Below are positions 9,641-18,910 of a stretch of DNA of 64,000 bases, piece after piece; within the stretch, counting starts at the first letter, position 1, and each line of letters opens with the position of its first letter. The notes beneath the pieces were generated by a model. The model was not told where the DNA came from. It saw nothing but the letters and a program-made list of their open reading frames with translations, and searched no databases. Where the stretch lies: the NCBI GenBank assembly GCA_963677925.2, contig CAXXYH010000003.1:2016001-2080000 (forward strand), read 5' to 3'. Origin of the DNA: Spirochaetia bacterium. Lineage in GTDB: Bacteria > Spirochaetota > Spirochaetia > UBA9216. Both the position numbers and the translations under genes were made by a program.

Positions 9641-10957
9641 TCAAGTTTCAAATTTTTTTAGTCTCTCTGTTAGCTGGGCATTCTGATCGTTGGATCTGGC
9701 AAGTCTTTTGGCCAGAAGCCTGGAAAGAAAGATACCGTAATAAGGATAATCACGAACAAGGGTAACAAAGGCCTTTCTCGATATTTTGATGAGTTTACCC
9801 TTTTCCGCTGCTTTGATGGTACCGTTCCGCTTGTTGCTCAAAAGGAATGACATCTCACCCATAAAAATATCATTCTGATTAAGCTCACCTACTTTTTTTC
9901 GGCGATGATAGACATAATATTTACCGGAAACTATATAATAAAGAAAGTCGCTTTCCTCGCCTTCCCGGAAGACTATATCACCCTTCTCAATTTCAAGAAT
10001 CTCTTCCATTCGAAACCGTATCGGAAAGGGCTGGGCTTCCTGCTCAACATGGTCGATAATCAGCGTAACCTGATTTCCGGTTTTGTTGTAATACAGTTCC
10101 CTGCACAGCGCCATGGCCATTCTGATACCCCGTCCGTGAAGAGAGAGTTCATCCTGATTTTTAAGTTTTTCATTAAGGTCGGAAACATCAAACCCCTTTC
10201 CCTCATCACGGATTGTAAAGCAGGTGTAATTATTATGCATCTCCCAGTCAAGGTGAACCCGTTTTGCGGCAATTGCCGTGTCTTCGCATTTTTTTGCTAT
10301 CAGTTCAACAATGTTGCCGCCGTCCTCCATAAAAACCGTTTTCTCATCATACGACAGCTCACAGTTTCCGTGTTCGATTCCGTTTACTATAAGCTCGGCC
10401 AGTGCAAGCTGAAGGTGCATTTTGGAATCTGTATCAATCTTTCCGGACTGCGAAAGAGTTGTCGCGGCAATTCCTGCGTAAATTGGAACAGACAGAATAT
10501 CATTTGGAATTAAAAATGAACCCGAGGTGCTTTCCATAATCTTCGATGCAAATCCGCGCTGAAAAATAATCTGGTAGTTTTCACGGATAATCTCGACACT
10601 CTTCATCAAATGGGAACGGAGCCTGAAAGTACTCAGCAGCGTCAGGACGTTTATATTCTTAAGCTTGTTAAGCAGATCAACTTCATCAATATGCTCCTGA
10701 TCATGAAGCCCGATAATACCAAAATGATGAAGCCAGAGATCCTGCTCAAGCCGATGAATCAGATCGTTCACCTTGATACCGGGATCAGAAAAATTAATTA
10801 TGACTATTTCGGGAAGCTCATAGTTGATAAATTCATAGATACCGTCATCATTCGATATGAACTCAAGGCGATAATACCTGTCCCCGCTCAGCTCAAAAGC
10901 CTGCATAATTTTTCTGTTAAGGTTTCCGTCAGAACTTATAATTCCCAATACTTTCAT
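9641..10957 (-). CDS. Pseudo-receiver + RsbW-like HATPase + cyclic-nucleotide-binding domain protein
   Basis: ELIVNGIEHGN, IRDEGKGFD and HGRGI GHKL boxes; C-terminal VFREGEESDFLYYIVSG..GEMSFL..KR cNMP-binding motif. Confidence 0.8.
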   Translation of the reverse strand: MKVLGIISSDGNLNRKIMQAFELSGDRYYRLEFISNDDGIYEFINYELPEIVIINFSDPGIKVNDLIHRLEQDLWLHHFGIIGLHDQEHIDEVDLLNKLKNINVLTLLSTFRLRSHLMKSVEIIRENYQIIFQRGFASKIMESTSGSFLIPNDILSVPIYAGIAATTLSQSGKIDTDSKMHLQLALAELIVNGIEHGNCELSYDEKTVFMEDGGNIVELIAKKCEDTAIAAKRVHLDWEMHNNYTCFTIRDEGKGFDVSDLNEKLKNQDELSLHGRGIRMAMALCRELYYNKTGNQVTLIIDHVEQEAQPFPIRFRMEEILEIEKGDIVFREGEESDFLYYIVSGKYYVYHRRKKVGELNQNDIFMGEMSFLLSNKRNGTIKAAEKGKLIKISRKAFVTLVRDYPYYGIFLSRLLAKRLARSNDQNAQLTERLKKFET

Positions 10958-12786
10958 TTGGCCATGACCTGCTTATAAACTTGTTTATCAATAAATATAT
11001 TTACAACATCTGAATTCAGATGATTTGCGTCTGCTTCCTCTTTAAGAATATCAAGAGCTGTATTAACCGGAATGGCGGGCTTGTAGGGCCTGTCATTGGC
11101 AGTAAGTGCATCAAAAACGTCGGCTACAGCCATTATCATTGACTGAAGGGGCATCTCTTCACCGGTCAGTCCGTCAGGATAGCCGGAACCATCCATTCTT
11201 TCATGATGTGCCCTTGCAATCTTCGGAAGGTTTTTGAAGGCGTCTGTCCAGGGGATGTTGATAAGAAACTCATACGAATGAACAACATGCGATTCAATTT
11301 CACGGCGTTCAAGTTCATTGAGATTACCTTTTTCAATCAAAAGCATTTCATATTCTTCGTTGGTAATCCATGGTTTAACCTTTCCGTCCGCATCTGTATA
11401 TGTCCTTCTGCGGTAAACCTCCAGCTCATCCGTCAGTTCTTCCACACTTACTCCGGGTTCATTCGCTTCAATGAGTGTAATAAGCGCCCGGTCTATATCC
11501 TTTTTCCAGACAACCTCACCGGTCTCCTGCATCAGCTGATTCTTGATGTAGGCAAATCTCATCTTGAGCAGTTCCAGCTGTCCCGGATACAGTTTCTTTG
11601 CTTTTATCAGAATAGGCTCACTGACGCCTACCTTGCCGAAATCATGCAGAAGCCCTGCATACTCAAGCTCTTTAAGCTGATCATCAGAAAAGGCAATATC
11701 TGCAAAATCACCGCAGCAGTCCTGATTAATCGCTTCGGCTATTGCAAGGCTGTATGCTGCCACGCGGCTTGAGTGACCGCTTGTAGTCGGATCCCGTGAT
11801 TCTATGGCCTTCACCGAAGCCCATACAAATCCCTTAAACAGGGTCTGAATTTCATTGTAAAGAATGTTGTTCTCCAGCGACACCGCCGCCTGCCCGGCAA
11901 GAGCAAGTACTATATCCTCATTCTCTTTAGAAAAGGGAATTACATTCTGGGCAAAATCTGCTTCAGTTGAAAGCCTGTAGTCGAAATCCTTCTTTCTGTT
12001 AATAAGCTGGATAACTCCGATTATCTTCGAATTGTGATCCAGCATTGGAACTGTAAGCATGCTTTTTGAACGGTATGCGGTAGCAATATCATAATCGCGG
12101 TTGAAGGAATATGCATTATCCCCGGATATCTCATAAACATCCGGAATATTCAGAATTTCACTGGTTTCAGCAACATAACCGGCAATAGATTTTTTATTCA
12201 GCTCCATTTTGAATTCGGAGTACTCTTTCGGATTTGAATCATTATGCGCTATTTTGAACAGAAGCCACTTACTGTTATCTTCAGGCTTTATTTCAAGAAG
12301 ATAGAGGCTTCCAGCATCAGCCTTGGTTATTTCACGGGTTTTAAGCAGGATATCATCAAGAAGGATATTATTATCACGCTCGGCAGAGAGAGCCACCCCG
12401 ATTGACAGCAGCTTTTTATTTATCTTCTGAAGTTCATCCGCCTTCAGCTCGATCATCATGCGCTTATACATATTATCGATGACATGAGGAAATATTCTAA
12501 GTCGCCGGGTTGAGAGCTGTTCAAAAACCAGAGGGTCATCGTCAAGTTCAGGACGACGGCTGTCATGGTAGGTAATAAGAACGCTTGCATTGCAGAGAAG
12601 CATGCTGAGCCTGCTCCGGAGTTTAATGAACTGACGGTATGTTGTAATGAATGCTGTAACGGTGTGTTCTTCCTTGGCTATCTGCTCAAGGTTTTCAATC
12701 GACTTCAGCTCTGCCCACTGCGGTATGTCAGCGTTCTCAAGGTAACCGGGGATTTTATTGATATGGTAGAGCAGCATCCGCTTCAT
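10954..12786 (-). CDS. GAF-domain HD-GYP phosphodiesterase
   Basis: GAF segment (ADAGSLYLL..SMLTVPM..GVIQLIN), LHDFGK, long insertion, HHERMDGSGYP, DRPYK. Confidence 0.9.
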   Translation of the reverse strand: MKRMLLYHINKIPGYLENADIPQWAELKSIENLEQIAKEEHTVTAFITTYRQFIKLRSRLSMLLCNASVLITYHDSRRPELDDDPLVFEQLSTRRLRIFPHVIDNMYKRMMIELKADELQKINKKLLSIGVALSAERDNNILLDDILLKTREITKADAGSLYLLEIKPEDNSKWLLFKIAHNDSNPKEYSEFKMELNKKSIAGYVAETSEILNIPDVYEISGDNAYSFNRDYDIATAYRSKSMLTVPMLDHNSKIIGVIQLINRKKDFDYRLSTEADFAQNVIPFSKENEDIVLALAGQAAVSLENNILYNEIQTLFKGFVWASVKAIESRDPTTSGHSSRVAAYSLAIAEAINQDCCGDFADIAFSDDQLKELEYAGLLHDFGKVGVSEPILIKAKKLYPGQLELLKMRFAYIKNQLMQETGEVVWKKDIDRALITLIEANEPGVSVEELTDELEVYRRRTYTDADGKVKPWITNEEYEMLLIEKGNLNELERREIESHVVHSYEFLINIPWTDAFKNLPKIARAHHERMDGSGYPDGLTGEEMPLQSMIMAVADVFDALTANDRPYKPAIPVNTALDILKEEADANHLNSDVVNIFIDKQVYKQVMAK

Positions 12787-15700
12787 CAGATATTTTGTAC
12801 AGCTTCTCCTTGAACTTCTTTACAAAAGCCGTAATATCCCGCCTGCTGCTTAAATCGGTTTCTACTGGAATTGAAAACAGGATTCTTCCGGAAAGCCCGT
12901 CTTCCAGCTGGTATATACGGCCACTGGTCAGATTATCGGCAGCCTTCAGGCTATATCTGTAATGATTATCCGATTTATTTGAGAAAATCTTAAAACCTGA
13001 TGATGTAAGGATATGTCTGAACCTGAATCCCGGCTCAAAATCCAGCCGGAGAGGAAATTTCAGATCTGTTTTCAGAAAAACCCCAGGGTTGAGTTCGTAG
13101 AGCTGCCAGGCCATTTCATCGCTCATTTCAGGTCTTCCCGAATCTTCAGCTATCGGGATGAGCTCTGTTAAAGCTTCCGAAAGTTCAAGCTTCTCCCAGT
13201 CGGGATCGAAGCTGCCGGCAGCAGTGCTGAGCATCACTGGATCTGATAAAAGCCTGCCCTTCTCCAGCAGGTAGGAGGGTTCAGCCTCCGGGGCGACTGC
13301 AGTCTCAATATCTTCAGCCTGTATCAGATAGGGAAGCGCCTTGCGCGGATATTTCTCTGCAGCCTTGTAGAAGGACCAGGCTGCATCCAGGCTGTTACCC
13401 TCCGCATAATTCTGGCTGCCGACATTGAAGGAGGCTTTCCGGTATCTGCGGTCGTGAAACCAGGAGAGCATTCTGTATTTTATGTTTTGAAACAGCTTTC
13501 CCAGCCTTGATAATCCAGTCTCCGGCATTCCTGCAGTACGGTATGCCAGGCCCTCGTAGATCTCAGCCAGGATTCTGTCCACCTCCATCAGATGCCTGTC
13601 CCGATCCACACCGAAGTAGTACATCCATGAATCATCGCTTCGGTTAAGAACCTCATTAATATGCGACAGGGCTTCATCAAGCAGACCGAAGGTAAGGTAG
13701 AGATCGGCATAGCCCATAAGGGCAAGCGGCGTAGAATCCAGAATATACGCCCTCTGATAATTCAGGAAGGCATTTGTGAAATCAAGCTTCCGGGTGAAAA
13801 GTTCAGCCCTGGCAATGTATCCGGGGGCACGTTCCGAGGTTTCAATGGACATGTTTGTGAGATCCATTGACTCCTGGTAGTGATAGAAGCCGTGTTCAAG
13901 CAGAGACAGATTGTAATAGGAGACTGAAGCAAAGTAGCTCCAGCCTTCATTAAGGGCTAAATCGATCGCCTTCTGATAATTCAGCCTGGAATTGTCATAG
14001 TCATACTTGCCCGAATATACAGTTCCAAGCGTCATATACAGGATGGGAGAATCGGGAAAACGTTCTACAGCATCCAGAAGAAGGGTCTCTGCGGAATTAA
14101 GCCTGAAGGTTTTAAAATACATCCAGCCCAGATCGGCAATGGCTTCGAAATTTTCAGGGTCAAGGATTAGTACCTGTTCAAGACTGGCCGTCGACTCGGC
14201 ATCATGGTTTAACAGCCCCTCTGAAACCGAGCGCATGTAGATTATGTCAGAGTCCAGAGGGTTAATTTCAAGAGCGCGGTTATAGTTTTCAACCGACATA
14301 TTGTACAGCTCACGATCCTGATAAAGTGTTCCAAGCTCAGTATATATTTCCGCGCTCTGAGGATATTCAGAAGCACCTTCTTTCAGCAGTCTGAGGGCCG
14401 CCTCGTAGTTTTCAGCATCCATCTCCCTGCCAGCCATATCAATATACCAGCCGGCATCCGGTGCCGCTCCGCCCTGTTCCGCCGAAGGATTATCCAAAAA
14501 ATCCTGAGCTTCAGCATGTGATACCGGCAGCATCAGCGCGGCTAAAACAAGAACGAGGGCTGTAATGCGTCTGCTTCTGAGTCTCCGGAACGGAAAAAGA
14601 ATAAAAAGAATACGCTTAAAATGAGAAACATTTTTAAGACTGATACGAAAGGCAGTCCATGAAGCATCAAGAGCCTCTGCATCAGCAGCGCTGTAACTGT
14701 CGGAGAATACCGAGGACAGGTAGAAATCTGCAAGGCCTGTAAAGCAGAGTCCTGTTTTTGATTCTGTTCGTACTGCATATTCATGAATGCTTTCATCTGA
14801 ATAACGGAATCCCCCAGAAGCTGAAGCCCAGGCGGAAGCCCTTCTGAAAACAGCGCGGGCTTTTTTTCTGCCGGAATTAAACCTGATTCTTATTAGAGCG
14901 GAAAGATGTACAGCGAATACGGTAAAAATATAAAGACATGCCAGAATAAAGGGCCACTTTGCAGCTGCGTAACGGATAACGGCCTTAAGGCTGAGCCCCT
15001 GAGTATCAGTATCAGCCGTCTCTTCATCAGGACTGTCTGCGAGGCTGTATTCATTTTCAAATATCTCTTCAACATATGAGGAATATTCATCCGGATTTAT
15101 CGAACCGAACTCAAGCTCTTCGCCGGGAGCAACAGTTTCTGATGTCGGATCGAACTCGACCCAGCCGAATTCCTCAAAAGGAACTTCAACCCAGGCGTGA
15201 GCCATATCGGCCCTTACCGGATAGACATTCAGGATACCGGACTGAGGGTCGATATAAAATCCGGCGGCAACCCTGGCCGGGATCCCAAGGCTTCTGCACA
15301 TCAGCGCCATCGAAAATGCAAAATATGAGCAGTATCCTTTTTTACTGTCGAAGAGAAAATAGTTAAGCTGGTTGCCGTCGACAGCGACGCCGGGTTTTAG
15401 CGAATAATAATAGTTATCACGCAGGTAATACATAATTGCCATCACCTTGTCGTAGTAGAGGTCCAGACCTTCAGTCACCTCTTCCGCAAGTTCACGGATT
15501 GCTTCATCATCGCCGTATTCTGTGTAGAAGCTGTACAGTCTGTCGGACATCGGGAGCATTCCCGCATCCATAAGATCCCATGAAGGCAGTTCAATTGCAT
15601 CGGAAACTGCCCGGTAGTTCCTGAGGAATGAGGAACCGTCCCAGTTGGTGAGCGGTGTTATTTCTACCGGGTAGTTGATTGCAATAAGTGATGAGGGATC

Positions 15701-16663
15701 AAAGTTGAGAATAAAATATTCCTGCTCGGCAGCTATGCGCTTCGGATAGCGCTCGGCATTGGTTACAGCCGGTCTGTCGGGCAGCACAGTCAGCTGCTCT
15801 TTTTCTCCGGGACCTGTCTGAATATAGAAACCGCGGTCCTCCCGGTAGCCGGAAAGATAGTAGCGCCGCAGATAAACCGAATTGAGATAGCCGTAGTTTC
15901 TGAACAGCATTACCAAATCGGTATTCATCGAAATCTCGCTTTCAAGCTTCACATAGTCTGAAAAATCAAAGCGGAAGAGCGTAGGTTTCATAAGGCCACC
16001 GCCCTCTCTTGCGGCCCCCTCCGAATAGCTTCCGAGAATAAGAAACAGCACCAGAATGATTGCTGGAATCACTGTGAGGAGAAAGGGCAGAAAGCGATGA
16101 ATAAACCCTGACTCACCCTCCTGACCGGAAAATACTATAACAAGAACCTCTGCTATGATGTAAATTACACAGATAAGCGCAAGGTAACCCTGATGGGGAA
16201 ATATTGTCAGTCTGTATCCTGCCTGAGTCCAGAGAAGGGAAGAGAGAATAAGCGCGTTTACAGCAAGCTCGGCAATGAGGAATTTCCTGCCCCATGATGA
16301 GAGGAAACCGCCTGCCCATATATACAGCATGGGGATAAAAAGCGGAATAAATGACGAATCGAAAAAGATCCCGTTGAAATTATATGCCGGATTTGCAGAG
16401 GCAGCGGCAAATCGGTCTGCAATAAAGATGTAGATGAACCTGATTACAAAAAGAAGAACTACCGCTCCCGGTAAAGAAGATACAAAACGCAGCCTGCTGC
16501 GGCCGCCGAGAACCCCTCCGACCGCCGCAGCGGCAAAACCTGAAATAAAGAGCACCGGAGATGCTATGTCGGAAAGAAACCGGAATCCTATAATAATCAG
16601 AACAAACTGGGCGGTGATGCGGAATGTAAGAACAAGTGCTTCGTTTCTAGAAAAACCTGACAA
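12755..16663 (-). CDS. Multi-TM transglutaminase-like protein fused to TPR repeats
   Basis: N-terminal TM helices; GYCSYFA / AHAWVEV / FDPT give the Cys-His-Asp triad; C-terminal TPR array. Confidence 0.85.
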   Translation of the reverse strand: MSGFSRNEALVLTFRITAQFVLIIIGFRFLSDIASPVLFISGFAAAAVGGVLGGRSRLRFVSSLPGAVVLLFVIRFIYIFIADRFAAASANPAYNFNGIFFDSSFIPLFIPMLYIWAGGFLSSWGRKFLIAELAVNALILSSLLWTQAGYRLTIFPHQGYLALICVIYIIAEVLVIVFSGQEGESGFIHRFLPFLLTVIPAIILVLFLILGSYSEGAAREGGGLMKPTLFRFDFSDYVKLESEISMNTDLVMLFRNYGYLNSVYLRRYYLSGYREDRGFYIQTGPGEKEQLTVLPDRPAVTNAERYPKRIAAEQEYFILNFDPSSLIAINYPVEITPLTNWDGSSFLRNYRAVSDAIELPSWDLMDAGMLPMSDRLYSFYTEYGDDEAIRELAEEVTEGLDLYYDKVMAIMYYLRDNYYYSLKPGVAVDGNQLNYFLFDSKKGYCSYFAFSMALMCRSLGIPARVAAGFYIDPQSGILNVYPVRADMAHAWVEVPFEEFGWVEFDPTSETVAPGEELEFGSINPDEYSSYVEEIFENEYSLADSPDEETADTDTQGLSLKAVIRYAAAKWPFILACLYIFTVFAVHLSALIRIRFNSGRKKARAVFRRASAWASASGGFRYSDESIHEYAVRTESKTGLCFTGLADFYLSSVFSDSYSAADAEALDASWTAFRISLKNVSHFKRILFILFPFRRLRSRRITALVLVLAALMLPVSHAEAQDFLDNPSAEQGGAAPDAGWYIDMAGREMDAENYEAALRLLKEGASEYPQSAEIYTELGTLYQDRELYNMSVENYNRALEINPLDSDIIYMRSVSEGLLNHDAESTASLEQVLILDPENFEAIADLGWMYFKTFRLNSAETLLLDAVERFPDSPILYMTLGTVYSGKYDYDNSRLNYQKAIDLALNEGWSYFASVSYYNLSLLEHGFYHYQESMDLTNMSIETSERAPGYIARAELFTRKLDFTNAFLNYQRAYILDSTPLALMGYADLYLTFGLLDEALSHINEVLNRSDDSWMYYFGVDRDRHLMEVDRILAEIYEGLAYRTAGMPETGLSRLGKLFQNIKYRMLSWFHDRRYRKASFNVGSQNYAEGNSLDAAWSFYKAAEKYPRKALPYLIQAEDIETAVAPEAEPSYLLEKGRLLSDPVMLSTAAGSFDPDWEKLELSEALTELIPIAEDSGRPEMSDEMAWQLYELNPGVFLKTDLKFPLRLDFEPGFRFRHILTSSGFKIFSNKSDNHYRYSLKAADNLTSGRIYQLEDGLSGRILFSIPVETDLSSRRDITAFVKKFKEKLYKISDEADAALPYQ

Positions 16664-17852
16664 AACGGCCTCCTGCGGCGGATAATTCCGATCCGACAGT
16701 CTGAGCCCTGCTGTTCACAGAGAGGCTCTGCCGCTGAAGCTTCCCTGCCAGCTGCTCTTCTGCCGGCTTTCTGAAAAAAACAGAGCTAAGCAGACTTCGG
16801 CTGTAGTCTCTGCTGTCTCCGGCCTTAAGACTGATCACAGGATGAACATCAAGACCGGCTGTATTCATTCTGCGCACTGCCCCGGCAGCATTTCTTGTGA
16901 CTGCGGTTGTAAGCAGAACCGCGCTTTTAAAGCGCCGATCAATATTCCAGCTTTTAAAACTGTCTGCAAAGACAGTACTGTCTGCAGATACAGCCTCCCC
17001 GGTACTGCCTGCATCCCACCATAATCCGGGATAGAGTTTTTCTGTCGGAACAACCGGTGCCTGCGGATATACGGCAAGGTTCACTTCAATTCCGGCATCA
17101 GCATAAAGCCTGCACATGCTCATAAGCTTTCCGACAGTCTCATCAAGATAAATATCAAGAAGATCACGGTATTCTCCATCCGGCTCAAAGCAGCAGCTAA
17201 GATCCGCAACCAGCAGAAGACGCTCTTCGGGAAGGGGGACTTCCTCGCCTATCCGGATAAACAGATCCCCGGAATGGGCATACTGCTTCCAGTTCAGCCG
17301 TCTTATATCATCTCCCGGGTAGTAGACCCGTGATTCAATCATATCTTCATTTCGCTTTTTCCGGCTGACTCTGGCTGCGGTTACTCCTCCCCGTGCCGGA
17401 GGTCTTTCGTTTATGGTGTTTTCATCAGCAACCAGGTTCACATCAACCGGACACTCACATCCGGGCTCAAGTTTAAGCCTGAAAAATCCCGGTATATCAC
17501 CGGTTTCAATACCGCAGCTGCTACAGGTATAAGCCCCTCGTTTTTCCGGTACTGTGCTTATACTTCCGGAGGGTTCCTGCCCGGGCCCGAGAGGGAGGCC
17601 CAGGCGGATATGCCTGTTCATCCATGTGAGCTCGGCAGTCAGCCTGCAGTAGAAGCCGGGCATCAGAAAAGACGGAGACATAGCTTCATATCTGAAGATT
17701 GTTTCTTCGCCGCAGGTAACCGGAAGTTCAGGACCGTAAATCCTTATACCATGCCGTATGCTTTTTTTAAGAGTCAGATACTGTATTACTGTGCCGGTTA
17801 ATGAGTATAAAAAAAGAAAGAGAAACCCGCTGCCCAGCAGGATTGTTCCCAT
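16647..17852 (-). CDS. DUF58 family protein (true start probably 17935, across a homopolymer frameshift)
   Basis: SRVYYPGDDIRRLNWKQYA motif; lies between MoxR and a transglutaminase-like gene. Confidence 0.8.
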   Translation of the reverse strand: MGTILLGSGFLFLFLYSLTGTVIQYLTLKKSIRHGIRIYGPELPVTCGEETIFRYEAMSPSFLMPGFYCRLTAELTWMNRHIRLGLPLGPGQEPSGSISTVPEKRGAYTCSSCGIETGDIPGFFRLKLEPGCECPVDVNLVADENTINERPPARGGVTAARVSRKKRNEDMIESRVYYPGDDIRRLNWKQYAHSGDLFIRIGEEVPLPEERLLLVADLSCCFEPDGEYRDLLDIYLDETVGKLMSMCRLYADAGIEVNLAVYPQAPVVPTEKLYPGLWWDAGSTGEAVSADSTVFADSFKSWNIDRRFKSAVLLTTAVTRNAAGAVRRMNTAGLDVHPVISLKAGDSRDYSRSLLSSVFFRKPAEEQLAGKLQRQSLSVNSRAQTVGSELSAAGGRFVRFF

Positions 17853-17915
17853 TTCAATACGGATAAGCCCTGTGATCAGAAAAACCAGCGAGGCAAAAAA
17901 AAACCTGCGCCTGTT

Positions 17916-18905
17916 TTAGTAATTGATTTTATCAAGACTGCCAATTATGAGTTCCCTTATCATTTCGCGGCTTCCGCTTTCCCTCTTTTTCATTACGATC
18001 CTGTGCGCGAGAACAGGTACTGCGAGGTCAATGATATCCTGATCGACAACATGATCTCTTCCGTGAAGCAGTGCGAGAGCCTTTGCCGATTTTATCAGCA
18101 TGAGCGAACCCCTCGGTGAGGCGCCCAGTTCTATTTCTTTTTTCGCCCTGGTCTGTGAAACGGCTGAAATAACCGCTTTTATAAGTTCGGGATGACAGTA
18201 AATCTCCCCCGCAGTATTCTGAACCGCAGTTATCGTTTTCCCTGTGCACACCGGGGTCAGTGACGGGATTGTTTTAACCGAGGGATCTTCGGTAACGATA
18301 AGAAACTCGGATTCTGCATCCGGATAGCCTATGGACAGCCTCATTAAAAACCGGTCCAGCTGCGCAGCCGGAAGCGTATAGGTACCTTCAATCTCAACCG
18401 GGTTCTGAGTGGCCATCACAAAAAAGAATTCACCAAGGCTGTGTGTTTTACCGCCTACCGTAACCTGATGCTCAGCCATGACCTCAAGCAGGGCGGACTG
18501 AACCTTCGGGGTTGTACGGTTTATTTCATCGGCAAGCAGAATGGATGTGAACACCGGTCCGTGCGCGAAATTGAAGCTGCCCGACTCGGGGTGAAAGACA
18601 TCGACACCGGTTATATCGTAGGGAAGAAGGTCGGGCGTAAACTGGATTCTGCTGAAGCCGGGAAAATCACTCTCAGATGTATCAATCAGGGAGGCAAAAG
18701 TCTTCGCTGCGGTTGTTTTCCCCAGTCCGGGCATATCCTCAACAAGGACATGACCGCCGGAGGCTGCTGCAGTTACAAGATACTCAAGGAATTCCCTCTT
18801 TCCCTTTATTACCCGCGATGCCTCCTCAACCAGACGGTTAAGGACTTCAGATGCTTCACTAAATGTTAATCCGCTCTCTTCACTCATTGTTATGGATTCT
18901 AACAT
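17916..18905 (-). CDS. MoxR-family AAA+ ATPase (start may be 18887)
   Basis: DMPGLGKT, RIQFTPDLLPYDITG, LADEINR, ATQNPVE and AQLDRF motifs. Confidence 0.95.
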   Translation of the reverse strand: MLESITMSEESGLTFSEASEVLNRLVEEASRVIKGKREFLEYLVTAAASGGHVLVEDMPGLGKTTAAKTFASLIDTSESDFPGFSRIQFTPDLLPYDITGVDVFHPESGSFNFAHGPVFTSILLADEINRTTPKVQSALLEVMAEHQVTVGGKTHSLGEFFFVMATQNPVEIEGTYTLPAAQLDRFLMRLSIGYPDAESEFLIVTEDPSVKTIPSLTPVCTGKTITAVQNTAGEIYCHPELIKAVISAVSQTRAKKEIELGASPRGSLMLIKSAKALALLHGRDHVVDQDIIDLAVPVLAHRIVMKKRESGSREMIRELIIGSLDKINY

Positions 18906-18910
18906 AATTT

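Noticed and set aside
9905-10513. Long antisense ORFs (also 11203-11772, 25120-25695, 31658-32167, 36657-37130 and the many short ones)
   Set aside because: They are shadows of well-supported genes on the opposite strand or in another frame, with no recognisable motifs.
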